A stretch of 44,914 bases of DNA from a virus (Duplodnaviria; Caudoviricetes): the IMG/VR virus record IMGVR_UViG_3300037044_000223, positions 1-44,914 of that record; one strand, written 5' to 3'. A model generated the notes under the pieces. It did not search any database. It was not told the DNA's origin and saw only the letters and a program-made list of their open reading frames with translations. How positions within the stretch are numbered: the first letter of the stretch is position 1; the number at the start of each line of letters is the position of its first letter. This document shows positions 9,871 through 19,050 of the stretch, piece by piece. A program made the translations under genes and the position numbers.

Positions 9871-10718
9871 AATGCCCGCTTCCGGATATTGAAACTGGAT
9901 ATCGGAATTACGATGTCCGGTAGCCCATCGGCCGCACCGGTCAAAACGCACCGGTAGGTAACGACAGGCGATAAAAGATGCCAGATGTCTGTCTCGGCGA
10001 TCCCTGTCACACAAATATCCGCCGGAGCCGTAGCCAAGGCAAAAAGAAAGCCATCAATGGTTGGCTCAATGGCAATCCGGGCTTCAACATGGACAATGGT
10101 TACAATGCCAATGCCCTGGACTTTGCCCGAGCCAACCACCACGCCAGGACCGGCAATTACGGGTGCTTCGAGCCGAAGGATCTGTTCGACCTGGGCGATG
10201 GTCTGCGCCTGGGCGGCCGGAGGATGTATGGATAAAAGGAGTCCGCCTATCGACGCACCGGCGACAATTTGTCCAGGGGCCGGCGAGACAACACCAAGAA
10301 ACTGAATATCCACGACAGATCCGCCGGCGTTTATCCGGCCCGGCATTACAGCAAGCGCCGATAGGGTACCGCCATCGCTCCCGGTTGCCAAAATCGTTGC
10401 GGCGGGTGGTGCAATCATGATGCATTGCAGCACCTGCCCTATGGCGGCTGCGGCCATAATCGCCGCAGGCGGGACAAGAAAAATAGGCGACACAATCCCT
10501 GCGATGCCACCGGAAATCTTCGCCACGGCCGCCATAGCGTTTACGGCTACAGTTGAACTCGATCCACTTGAACCGATGGTCCCGGAAAAAGGCTCACCCT
10601 GAAACGCAAAATCAAGCCCGTTAAGATCGACACTATCCGCCGCACCCACGTTGCAGAACGGGCAGCCGTCATAAGCGTAATCCAGGGTCTTCAAGTTTTC
10701 ATATGTGGGCAGGGTCAT
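9867..10718 (-). CDS. Minor tail/virion protein
   Basis: 283 aa, Ala/Ile/Pro-rich; RBS AAGGA; tail module context. Confidence 0.6.
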   Translation of the reverse strand: MTLPTYENLKTLDYAYDGCPFCNVGAADSVDLNGLDFAFQGEPFSGTIGSSGSSSTVAVNAMAAVAKISGGIAGIVSPIFLVPPAAIMAAAAIGQVLQCIMIAPPAATILATGSDGGTLSALAVMPGRINAGGSVVDIQFLGVVSPAPGQIVAGASIGGLLLSIHPPAAQAQTIAQVEQILRLEAPVIAGPGVVVGSGKVQGIGIVTIVHVEARIAIEPTIDGFLFALATAPADICVTGIAETDIWHLLSPVVTYRCVLTGAADGLPDIVIPISSFNIRKRAL

Positions 10719-10735
10719 CTGTATCCTTTACGGCA

Positions 10736-10809
10736 GTGTTAAGTTTTAAGTTTTAAGTGTTAAGTATCGGTTTTTTTATCTTAAAACCTAAAACTTAACC
10801 CTTAAAACT
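10736..10809. repeat. Heptamer tandem-repeat palindrome (TTTTAAG / CTTAAAA)
   Basis: Four 7-mers followed by their inverted complements in an intergenic gap. Confidence 0.8.
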
Positions 10810-12840
10810 TTACCTGTAATCAATATCATCGACATAAACGCTGTACGTCGTTCCACCATAGGCCCATGCTTCGATCTCCAACACGCCCGCTGCGGTCGGC
10901 GTGAAGGTGATGGTAAGCTGCTCCCAGGTATCCGCCGCTGCCGTCATCGAGGCTGTAACATCTGCATTAACACCGGAAAGCTGCTCGCCGCGGCAGACAA
11001 GCTTTCCGGTGATTCCGGTGTTGGTTCTCCGGAACCAGCACATGACGGTCACTTGACTGCTTGCGGCAACCGCGATTTTTGCCAGCGACATGAAAAGGGG
11101 GTAGTAGGTGCTTCGATTTGCCGAAGTCGGCGACATTTGCCATGCAATTCCGGTCGCGGTATGCCTTACCGGCGATTGAGAACTGATGATGCCGCCATCC
11201 GTGTAAACATAGTTGTTTGCCGGTGATCCGTCGTGGGCTTCCAAACAGACCCTGCCGTTCATCCATGCTGCTTGGTTTTTAACCCTGTCGGTTTCTCCGA
11301 AGGTGCAGCCATTGAAATACTGGGTTCCAGGCGTAGACGCGGACACGGTCCCGCTGGCGTTTGATGCGGTGGTTGTCCCAATGATTTTATTGTCCAGGGC
11401 AGGGGGTGAATCGAAAGAAAATCCATAAGCCCCGGAGTTTTTGTCATTCGTTATTTTAAGCGTATTGCGGATCGCATTCGCATTGATTGAAACATTTGAA
11501 GATCCGTTATTGCAGACGTTCTCTGCCGTGATTTTGTTTACGTAGGCCGCCGCAACCGCAATACCGGAATTGGTGTTGTTATTCGCATTGACTATGGTTA
11601 TTTCGATGCAGATGTTGTTTGATCCACCATACGAAACACCGGTACCCGTGTTGTTGTTGGCGTTTTTTACGTCAACCTTGCAGAAACTCGCCCCGTAGAT
11701 GTAAATCCCGGCACTGTCATTGCCACACAGGCTGTGTGCAGTCACTTCACAATAAGAAGCGGTATAAAGACAAACGCCCCGCATTGCCCGAACCATGTTT
11801 ATTCTGTTGCTCAAAACATAGTTTCTGTTCGTGAAATCAATGCCGTTACCCCTTCCCGAGCCCACGTCAAAATAGGTTTCTCCGTCCTGGTTCCCGGTGG
11901 CCGGGTCATATCCGCCCTGGAACTCGATCAGGTTTCCGGATGATCCGGAATCCTGAATGGTACAAGCGGCGGATAAAACCCTGAAACACTCCCGCTTGTA
12001 TGTCGCTACGGTTTCGGTCGTTCCGTAATACCCGCGTCCCGCATTTGCGTTTATTGCCGGCCCGTTGTCTAACGTGACCGTTGTGCCGTTGATAGACTGG
12101 ATCGGGTACCAACCTTCTTCGCCGCCGCTGGCGGCTGAATTCTTTGATATGAGACTTGTCAGGCTCAAGGCATCGGCTGAACCGCTCGCCTTGCAGGCGA
12201 TGATATTATCAAGCAGGATGGTTGGGGTTCCAGGGTCCACGATTGCATAAAGGGCAACGGATTGAATGGAAGATCCAAGCGCTGATCCTTTGTTTATTGT
12301 GAAGGAATACTTATATGCGGTAGAATCAGTCACCGGAATAATGAACTCATCAACAATCGTATCCCCGGTCGTATCGGAACAAAGGCAGATTTTTAATGAA
12401 TTAGCCGCTACCACCGTGCTGGCAAGAAACCAGAAAGAAAGCTGTTGGTATGCCGAATAATCAACTGCGCTACCAAGCGCCTTATAGGCAATCTTCCCGG
12501 TGGTGAAGGCCGCGGCAACCACAAATGACGAAGAGCAACTGCCTATTTTGTAATTCGAAGTATTTGTCGATGCTGTTACATTTGTGACTGGCGTCCATGC
12601 CGCATCGCATAATTCCACATTCGCAGTCAGAGCCGAGGCAAGGGTCACGGTTTTGGACAGGTTATTCCACGTTGCATTCCCGATGCTGGTGGGGTCTGGG
12701 GATTTTGCAACCTTGATCGTGTCCCCCGGGGCGATCCTTGCCGCTGTTGCGCCGGAGGTGATCGTTTTCCAGGCCAGCGCCCAGGTGGAGCCATCGTTTG
12801 CGTCATTTCCGTTGGCCGGATCGAGGTGAAATATCGTCAT
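10810..12840 (-). CDS. Tail spike/fibre with right-handed beta-helix and C-terminal carbohydrate-binding-like domain
   Basis: HLDPANGNDANDG..W..AWKTI N-terminus; Asn-ladder repeats (NANNN); C-terminal WEQLTITFTPT...VYVDD. Confidence 0.75.
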   Translation of the reverse strand: MTIFHLDPANGNDANDGSTWALAWKTITSGATAARIAPGDTIKVAKSPDPTSIGNATWNNLSKTVTLASALTANVELCDAAWTPVTNVTASTNTSNYKIGSCSSSFVVAAAFTTGKIAYKALGSAVDYSAYQQLSFWFLASTVVAANSLKICLCSDTTGDTIVDEFIIPVTDSTAYKYSFTINKGSALGSSIQSVALYAIVDPGTPTILLDNIIACKASGSADALSLTSLISKNSAASGGEEGWYPIQSINGTTVTLDNGPAINANAGRGYYGTTETVATYKRECFRVLSAACTIQDSGSSGNLIEFQGGYDPATGNQDGETYFDVGSGRGNGIDFTNRNYVLSNRINMVRAMRGVCLYTASYCEVTAHSLCGNDSAGIYIYGASFCKVDVKNANNNTGTGVSYGGSNNICIEITIVNANNNTNSGIAVAAAYVNKITAENVCNNGSSNVSINANAIRNTLKITNDKNSGAYGFSFDSPPALDNKIIGTTTASNASGTVSASTPGTQYFNGCTFGETDRVKNQAAWMNGRVCLEAHDGSPANNYVYTDGGIISSQSPVRHTATGIAWQMSPTSANRSTYYPLFMSLAKIAVAASSQVTVMCWFRRTNTGITGKLVCRGEQLSGVNADVTASMTAAADTWEQLTITFTPTAAGVLEIEAWAYGGTTYSVYVDDIDYR

Positions 12841-12855
12841 CTGTTTCCTTTACAG

Positions 12856-12930
12856 CAGTGACGAGTGACGGGTAACGGGTAACGAGTTTTTAACCCGTCA
12901 CTCGTCACTGCTTTCCGTCACCTGTCACTC
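12856..12930. repeat. Heptamer tandem-repeat palindrome (GTGACGR / YCGTCAC)
   Basis: gtgacga-gtgacgg-gtaacgg-gtaacga followed by inverted copies. Confidence 0.8.
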
Positions 12931-12932
12931 TT

Positions 12933-13370
12933 TTATGGCTGCGATAAATCGATTTCCGGCACCTTGATCTGGAAAGAATTGCCATCCGAAATCGTGTTAT
13001 CATTTCCAAAGTCAATGCACATGACTATGGGATCATTGGTGACAGTGTCGTCATATATGATCGCCGCGCCTGTCGGGCCGATGCTTCCGCCCGAAGCGGT
13101 CCAGGTCACATCATCCCATGTGGTGGTGACTTTGTCCGTTGTGTCATTTTCCGTGACTGCAACTCCTGTCAGGGTTTTGCTGTTCTGGGTGTAGCCGTTG
13201 GCCGTGGCGATCTGGTCCGCCGTCACATCTGCAAGCTCAGCATGGTTATCTTTGTTGAATGCAAACGTGGTATTCATCAAAATGATTTTGAAAGTATCGC
13301 TCGACTCATCAATCTGTTTTGTTTTGAGCAAATACATGTAATGGTTGGGTACTGTGACTACGGCTGGCAT
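12933..13370 (-). CDS. Phage virion (tail) protein
   Basis: 145 aa; DTFKIILM...GYT...DVTWTASGGSIGP..AIIYDDT motif typical of phage structural proteins. Confidence 0.75.
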   Translation of the reverse strand: MPAVVTVPNHYMYLLKTKQIDESSDTFKIILMNTTFAFNKDNHAELADVTADQIATANGYTQNSKTLTGVAVTENDTTDKVTTTWDDVTWTASGGSIGPTGAAIIYDDTVTNDPIVMCIDFGNDNTISDGNSFQIKVPEIDLSQP

Positions 13371-13382
13371 AATGTTTTCCCC

Positions 13383-13730
13383 TCAATCCAGCGTTAATTT
13401 TTCATAAACCAAAAAGGACACGGCAACGTCCGTGTTTTGAATTTTTACCTTTTCCAGATATCCCGAGAAAACACCCTCCGGACAGGATAAGTGAACCAGT
13501 GTTTCGTTTTGGAAAAAAGCCCAAAGAGACAGCCGGACACCTTCCGGTACCTGCCTTGCCGTAAAATTAAAGGTGCGGTCAGAGTCAGTTATGCCGTTGT
13601 TGGAAATTACACACCCGCCATCCAATGTGGCCACCCGGGAAATGCGCTTCGTGTTTTCCTGGACCGGCACGGTGTCCACGGTTATCCGAACAAAGGTTCC
13701 TTGCGCTATTGTCGAAAAAGAAATATCCAT
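13383..13730 (-). CDS. Distal tail-like protein
   Basis: 115 aa directly after tape measure; RISRVATLDGG motif. Confidence 0.6.
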   Translation of the reverse strand: MDISFSTIAQGTFVRITVDTVPVQENTKRISRVATLDGGCVISNNGITDSDRTFNFTARQVPEGVRLSLWAFFQNETLVHLSCPEGVFSGYLEKVKIQNTDVAVSFLVYEKLTLD

Positions 13731-13737
13731 GTCCCTT

Positions 13738-14382
13738 TTAAATATTCAGAAGAAATTTGTTGCCGTCTTTATTCATTTCCACCTGGAGCAGGCGCAGTAT
13801 CTCAAAGACAAATGCCAGAAGCGCCGGCTCAACGCCGGTGGAGTCAATCTTGATCAGTCCTTCACCGCTGTCCAGCGCCCTTTCTTTTGCTTCCAAAAGC
13901 TCGAGTTGTTGGTCGATCAAATCTTTCTGCAGATCAAAATCCGCTTTCTTTTTTTCCATGTCATCGTTGATGGCTTGCTCCCATTGATCGGCTTCGAGCT
14001 GGCTCAACTGGGCAGGGTTATCCTGGAAAAACTGGTCAATTGAACTGCCGGTTTCGTCAATGCTCGTGGACAGGTCATCAAATATGTTGCTGAATTCATC
14101 GGTACCGGCAAGGCTGATATCCATGGAAACATCTTCAGGTAAAGTGCCGATATCTTCATTTACAGCGTCTATATTTTCTTGCGCATCGCCGGAGACAGTC
14201 AGGTAAATATCGGCTTCTGCAGGAATATCGGTGATTGAATCGCTCAGGTCGTTTGCATCTTCCGAAACATCAACTGCACTTCCTCCGAATTCGGAAAGAG
14301 CTGAAGACATATCCGTCAAGGGGTCGGTCATTGAGTCAATGGCTTCAAAAATAATCCGGACAGTTCTTTCAAGATCGGCCAC
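13738..14382 (-). CDS. Very short tape measure-like protein (~214 aa)
   Basis: Follows the frameshifting chaperone; GTG 14382 with RBS AAGGA gives MADLERTVRIIF; C-terminal LIKIDSTG.EP.L.AF.FEILR.LQV is a TMP-like end. Confidence 0.7.
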   Translation of the reverse strand: MADLERTVRIIFEAIDSMTDPLTDMSSALSEFGGSAVDVSEDANDLSDSITDIPAEADIYLTVSGDAQENIDAVNEDIGTLPEDVSMDISLAGTDEFSNIFDDLSTSIDETGSSIDQFFQDNPAQLSQLEADQWEQAINDDMEKKKADFDLQKDLIDQQLELLEAKERALDSGEGLIKIDSTGVEPALLAFVFEILRLLQVEMNKDGNKFLLNI

Positions 14383-14560
14383 GGCGTTTATTCCTTGCTT
14401 TGTCCACGTAGTAGATTCCCCACAAACGGCTTTCGTCATCCGTTAAAAAACCCTGGGGAAATAAATCGGGTCTGACCTCGTACAAGAATCGCCCCCTGGA
14501 ATCGCAAAGCTTCAAGGCGATTCGGACATCACTTCGATTCCAGAGGGCTTCTATTTTCCC
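14369..14560 (-). CDS. Tail assembly chaperone gpGT-like extension (-1 frame after G GGA AAA)
   Basis: Slippery heptamer at 14554-14560; open -1 frame GKIEALWNRSDVRIALKLCDSRGRFLYEVRPDLFPQGFLTDDESRLWGIYYVDKARNKRRGRS* to TGA at 14369. Confidence 0.8.
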   Translation of the reverse strand, partial: GKIEALWNRSDVRIALKLCDSRGRFLYEVRPDLFPQGFLTDDESRLWGIYYVDKARNKRRGRS

Positions 14561-14982
14561 GACTCGTGCCCCAGGCCGGTTAATCGCATGATCTTTTTGG
14601 TTAAAATCAAAAATTCAGTTGGAAAGGCCATATTCAGTTTGACGGCAAGCTCGATGTCGCATACCGGGTCCACGCTGCCGGCAATCAGCAATTCCAGGCG
14701 CAGCGCAATATCCATGGGCACGCTTCCATCCAGACCGGTCATGTGCCGCACGGCAGTTGCCGTTCCTTCAGGTTGTTTTCCCGATAAAGCTTCCAATACG
14801 GCATTGATGGTTTTTCGGTTTTTCTCGGCCATTTCCTTGCAGCGGCCCAGTTCATTGCCGTTAAGGCCCTTTACGGTCCATTCTGCAGGTCCATCGAACC
14901 ATTGTTTCAAATCGGGCAGAGGTATGGTTGCGGTCCGATGAACGAGCTTGGCTTTCTTGAACTCTTTTGCTTTAAAAAACAT
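14551..14982 (-). CDS. Tail assembly chaperone (gpG-like)
   Basis: ATG 14982 with RBS GAGGAG; lies between tail tube and TMP; ends in slippery GGGAAAA. Confidence 0.8.
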   Translation of the reverse strand: MFFKAKEFKKAKLVHRTATIPLPDLKQWFDGPAEWTVKGLNGNELGRCKEMAEKNRKTINAVLEALSGKQPEGTATAVRHMTGLDGSVPMDIALRLELLIAGSVDPVCDIELAVKLNMAFPTEFLILTKKIMRLTGLGHESGK

Positions 14983-15006
14983 TGCAGATTCTCTCCTCAA
15001 AAAAAA

Positions 15007-15078
15007 GGTGACGGGTGACGAGTAACGGGTGACGGCCGGTAGACTTGTCACCTGTCACCTGTCACTCGTCACTTATCA
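15007..15078. repeat. Heptamer tandem-repeat palindrome (GTGACGG / CTGTCAC)
   Basis: Direct 7-mers plus inverted copies; contains the TGA of the 15069 gene. Confidence 0.8.
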
Positions 15079-15413
15079 CTCCGATCTCCGTCCAGAGCCA
15101 AGAATTGGCCTTGAATCCAAATCAGCTCCCAATCTCGATAATAAAAGTTTCCTAAATTCGTAATGGTAACCATATCCCCGCGTGCGTAAAAATCATATGT
15201 CGCCAACAAAACCCCATCGGCCGTCAGTTCCGCTTTCCCGCAAGGGCCAGGCCCGAAAGGCCCTTGGGTGAAACGGATTTCATAAACCGTTCCCGCCAGG
15301 TTGACGGTGTAGGTGTGCCCGGCGATATCCGTTTTGATATCCCCGGCCGTGGCGAAACTGGTCAGTACAAACAACAAAGCAATCAACAAACTGGCAAATA
15401 ATGATTTTTTCAT
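15069..15413 (-). CDS. Hypothetical exported protein (moron-like)
   Basis: 114 aa; signal peptide MKKSLFASLLIALLFVLTSFATA; RBS AAGGAG. Confidence 0.75.
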   Translation of the reverse strand: MKKSLFASLLIALLFVLTSFATAGDIKTDIAGHTYTVNLAGTVYEIRFTQGPFGPGPCGKAELTADGVLLATYDFYARGDMVTITNLGNFYYRDWELIWIQGQFLALDGDRSDK

Positions 15414-15432
15414 GGTTGTTCTCCTTAAGAAA

Positions 15433-15502
15433 AGGTTACAAGGTGCAGGGTAGAGGTTTTTTTCTGCCCTCTGTCTTCCGTCTTCTGTTATCTGTCCTCT
15501 GT
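15433..15502. repeat. Degenerate heptamer repeats
   Basis: aggttac-aaggtgc-agggtag and (t/c)ctgtcc/tt series. Confidence 0.6.
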
Positions 15503-16516
15503 TTATCCGGTTATTCTCTTCCCCGGATCATTTGCATTTATGGTGAAATCAGCAACGATGCTGCCACGGGCAGGGTATTGGACATTGATGCCCAGAAAAC
15601 CCTGGGTCAGGATATAATTGTCAGTTTGCAGTCTATCGACAAAGTATTTGATCCAGATCTTTTTCCCTTCCTTGGTCAGTATGGGATCTGAAATTCCGTT
15701 ATCCAAAAAGGCCTTGAACTTGCCGGCTTTTAAAGACGTGCTTACCTCGCCGATGACCCCGCCGTAAAACGGCTGTGATGTCGTTGACATGCTGTTTGCG
15801 GCCGGTTGAAAATCAGCGGCCTTGGGCAGTTCAGAGAATTCCGGTTCGTAATATTGCGCACAAACATTTTTGGTGGTGTTTCCGGTATGGTTCAACATCA
15901 GTGCCGGGCTGAAAACAACACCGGCCAGACCGATCGTGGCGTTTTGCTCCCGGATGAATTCTGTTTTTAGAATTGACGGGTAGTTTGCCATTTCACGGTG
16001 GCGATTCGGGATCGCATAAATTTCGGTGCCGGCAATAGGCGTCGCCGTAGTAGACGAAAGGCGCACCTGGGCCAGTTCGACGCTGCCGACCGGGATAAAA
16101 GGCGGTCCGCCGTTTGCGCCGCGGACTTCACTGAAAGACGCTCCTTCCACGCCGTTGACCACGGCTACAGCCGCAACGCTGTTGATGGTAATGGTGTTGA
16201 TGCGACAAACATCAGCGTCAGCACCGCGCAAGCATGTAATATCCACGCTTGTCGCCAGGGTGGTTACAACGCCTGCAAGGTTCAGGGATCCGGCAGACAA
16301 ATCAACCTTGTCATTGGCGCCGGATATCGCAGGTGTTACAACAAACCCGGTCAGAACGCCGTCTGGTTTGACAACAGGCGCAAAACCGGATTCATCGGAC
16401 CAGATTTCTGCCGCTGAATTGTAGGTTTTGTGGTCACCCGCATCAACCAGGGCAACCATGGAAACAAGGGATTGCCCGTTTTCAAAATATAACAAAGAGT
16501 TTTCGGCGGTTGTCAT
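15503..16516 (-). CDS. Major tail (tube) protein
   Basis: 337 aa; position after tail terminator and before chaperone; RBS GAGG. Confidence 0.7.
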   Translation of the reverse strand: MTTAENSLLYFENGQSLVSMVALVDAGDHKTYNSAAEIWSDESGFAPVVKPDGVLTGFVVTPAISGANDKVDLSAGSLNLAGVVTTLATSVDITCLRGADADVCRINTITINSVAAVAVVNGVEGASFSEVRGANGGPPFIPVGSVELAQVRLSSTTATPIAGTEIYAIPNRHREMANYPSILKTEFIREQNATIGLAGVVFSPALMLNHTGNTTKNVCAQYYEPEFSELPKAADFQPAANSMSTTSQPFYGGVIGEVSTSLKAGKFKAFLDNGISDPILTKEGKKIWIKYFVDRLQTDNYILTQGFLGINVQYPARGSIVADFTINANDPGKRITG

Positions 16517-16531
16517 CGGTATTCCTCTTTA

Positions 16532-16975
16532 TTATGCGTAGGGTGATGTAATGGTTGTGAAATATTTGATCGTGAAATTCGCTGTAACCAAAACTGAATC
16601 ATTCTTGGAATAATCATTCGTGCCGCCGGAAACATAGGCCATGTCTTCAATAAGGGATGAAATTGGCTCCCGCATGAAAGCTTCCCGTAGATCCCCGAGT
16701 ATTTGCTCCGCAAGGACCGAGGGGTTTGTTATCCCGGTTAAAGCGACAGCTTCTACCCGGAGCGGCATTGTGCAAAGGTACTGGCCGCCGCCGATCCGCT
16801 CTGCTGTTTCGGTAAACGGGTAGACGATACATGCCGGCAGCCTTGATGGGTCAACTTTTGTAATCGCACGGTATGTGTTCAGTCCCAGGTCCGTGTTATA
16901 CCCGCTTGCCGTGGTGATGGTCACCGCGCGCACAAGGCATGCTTGAATAATCAGTTCGCGTTTTGTGTCAGACAC
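16532..16975 (-). CDS. Tail terminator/completion protein
   Basis: 147 aa; TKRELII...ITTASGYNTDLG motif; position in tail module. Confidence 0.7.
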   Translation of the reverse strand: MSDTKRELIIQACLVRAVTITTASGYNTDLGLNTYRAITKVDPSRLPACIVYPFTETAERIGGGQYLCTMPLRVEAVALTGITNPSVLAEQILGDLREAFMREPISSLIEDMAYVSGGTNDYSKNDSVLVTANFTIKYFTTITSPYA

Positions 16976-17537
16976 TTTCCAGCACCCCGTCTATCACCGT
17001 TGCGTAGTCATCAATTACAATGTCCGCGCCGTATTCCGTTATCGGGTCGATAAAATAAGGTTGCGCCTGGATATCCTGAATGCGAACAGATGATAATATT
17101 TTCCGTTTTGCCCTTACCCCGCGCACATATTTCGTCCATCCATAGACTTGGTTTTGCCCGACTGTGACATGCCGGAATTCATGCGTGGCACCGCCCCGGA
17201 ATATTTGCACGTGTACCGGTCTTTTTCGTTTCCAGCCGGCCGCGTCGGGAGCAAAATCATAAAGCTCAATCGGTATCCCTTTTGAAGTGATTTCTGCTCG
17301 ATATCCGTCCAGGGTTTCAGTATCGGGCACCGTTGTTTCAATCTCGCTGTCGACTTGCTCAAAATCAACATTCAGCGTTTTTACGGTTTCATCGGCAAAG
17401 GTTTCTTTGGTTTTCGCAACACCTTTTGTGAGTGAAGTGCAGGCATTTGTCGGTAAATACGATTTGAGCAGTTGCAGCGCCACCAGCACACCGTCAAGAG
17501 CTGCACTGTCAATCCTTATGGTAAAGCTATCACTCAC
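16968..17537 (-). CDS. Minor tail protein, gpZ-like
   Basis: GTG 17537 overlapping upstream stop; AEITSKGIPIELYDF motif; position. Confidence 0.65.
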   Translation of the reverse strand: MSDSFTIRIDSAALDGVLVALQLLKSYLPTNACTSLTKGVAKTKETFADETVKTLNVDFEQVDSEIETTVPDTETLDGYRAEITSKGIPIELYDFAPDAAGWKRKRPVHVQIFRGGATHEFRHVTVGQNQVYGWTKYVRGVRAKRKILSSVRIQDIQAQPYFIDPITEYGADIVIDDYATVIDGVLESV

Positions 17538-17844
17538 CGACCACCGCCTTGACGACATAACCGTCGTTATTCATGATGGACTGTACGACATGCCGAATAC
17601 CATTGATAATAAAGGATTCACCGACTCTGGCCTCGCGCGCCAGGTCTGCAAGAGAATATTCGACGGTTTTTATTTGCAGCCAGGTTTCTGCTTGCCCGGA
17701 GGGTTGCAGCAGCATCGATTCGTTAAACAGCACCTTGAAGTTTAACGGCTCGCCGGTCAAAGGGGTAAATGTAGCATCGACTCCCCCGAGTTTTGCCAAT
17801 ACATCCTTCCAAAGTCTGTTTTGCAGTGTGTCGAAGTCAGTCAT
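17530..17844 (-). CDS. Head-tail joining protein
   Basis: 104 aa directly after capsid; LGGVDATFTP...GESFIING motif. Confidence 0.7.
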   Translation of the reverse strand: MTDFDTLQNRLWKDVLAKLGGVDATFTPLTGEPLNFKVLFNESMLLQPSGQAETWLQIKTVEYSLADLAREARVGESFIINGIRHVVQSIMNNDGYVVKAVVGE

Positions 17845-17850
17845 AATAAA

Positions 17851-17917
17851 AGGGTGCAGGTAATAGGGTACAGGGTGCAGGTTTTTCCTGTCCCCTGATA
17901 ACTGCCCCCTGATACCT
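17851..17917. repeat. Heptamer repeat palindrome (AGGGTRC / CCTGWYC)
   Basis: 7-nt periodic purine arm followed by a complementary arm. Confidence 0.7.
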
Positions 17918-17922
17918 TTCTT

Positions 17923-18930
17923 TTAAGCTACCAACTTGACCAGCACCCCCGGTCTGAAACACATCGGCAGCGGGTTGGACTGCATGTGCAAATCAAGGCC
18001 GCGGTTGTACTGCCGCATTTCCTGTTTTGCATAGAGCGGTATCCCGATGGTATTTACGGTTTCCAGGAAATCGGCTGGTGCATAGATGGTTTTGAAGGTG
18101 TCCATCGTACCCTGGGGGAAACAATGTCCTTCACCGTCATTGATAAATTTTCGGGTTACACCAGCGGCATCCGAAGCCGTGCCGCGGTATTCTTCAAAAA
18201 TAATCCCGCCGTAGGAAAACCCCTTTCTGATGTCTCCGCCAATGATTTGTACAGCCAGGGCGGTGTTGTCGAAAGTGGCTTTGACGTTCGCATGTCCGGT
18301 CAGCGCATCAAAAAAGTCGGCGGAAACAAGCGCTCGCGGGCTGGACATGACCTCGCCGCGCAGGTTGTCTTCAATGAGTCGAAGAACTGCCATGCATTTG
18401 GCCCGGACATCGGTTGTGGGCGTTGATAAATCAAAATCAACGTAATTCTGATCAATCCCGAATTCCGTATAAAGGTTGTACAGAAGGGACCCGTCGGCAT
18501 CCAGAATGATCCCTTTCAGCGCCCCCATCCTCAAGTGCTCAAGGGTAATTGCGTACTTGTTTTTGGCCGTTTGCATATGGCTATTAATGACATTGGCCAA
18601 TGTCTGCGCCTGGTTCTCTGTGCCGAACTCACGGACAGCTTCAAACTCGGTAGCCAGGATCGTATCGCCGAGGGGGATATGGGGGACGCTGAACGCCCGA
18701 ACTTTTCTTTTGCCCATTCGGTTCTGTTGTTCGGGCGCGCCGACCGGCATCGTTGATAACAGGTTAAGTACTCCGTTTAACTCCTCTACCAGCGCAACGC
18801 GGGTGGTGATCCCCTTGTCGGGGAAAAGGTTCAGTTCTCTCAGCCTGCCGTAATTGTTCGGAAGGATATTGATTGCTTGCGTCAGCGAAACCATGTTGAA
18901 GGCATCTGTATCAAAAGGGTTCAGCAACAT
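17923..18930 (-). CDS. Major capsid protein (phage capsid E family)
   Basis: MLLNPFDTDAFNMVSLTQAIN, TLEHLRMGALKG and QSNPLPMC.RP motifs. Confidence 0.93.
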   Translation of the reverse strand: MLLNPFDTDAFNMVSLTQAINILPNNYGRLRELNLFPDKGITTRVALVEELNGVLNLLSTMPVGAPEQQNRMGKRKVRAFSVPHIPLGDTILATEFEAVREFGTENQAQTLANVINSHMQTAKNKYAITLEHLRMGALKGIILDADGSLLYNLYTEFGIDQNYVDFDLSTPTTDVRAKCMAVLRLIEDNLRGEVMSSPRALVSADFFDALTGHANVKATFDNTALAVQIIGGDIRKGFSYGGIIFEEYRGTASDAAGVTRKFINDGEGHCFPQGTMDTFKTIYAPADFLETVNTIGIPLYAKQEMRQYNRGLDLHMQSNPLPMCFRPGVLVKLVA

Positions 18931-18948
18931 TTTCGTACTCCTTTTTTT

Positions 18949-19047
18949 GTAACGGGTGACGGGTAACGAGTGACGGGTGACGGGTAACGGACGATAAGCT
19001 TGTCACTGCTTTTAAAACCTGTCACTCGTCACTTGTCACCTGTCACT
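18949..19047. repeat. Heptamer tandem-repeat palindrome (GTRACGR x6 / YTGTCAC)
   Basis: Six direct 7-mers followed by inverted copies. Confidence 0.85.
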
Positions 19048-19050
19048 GAT

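Noticed and set aside
1-12840. Diversity-generating retroelement or invertible fibre cassette
   Set aside because: No reverse transcriptase, invertase or adenine-variant repeat pair seen in the window
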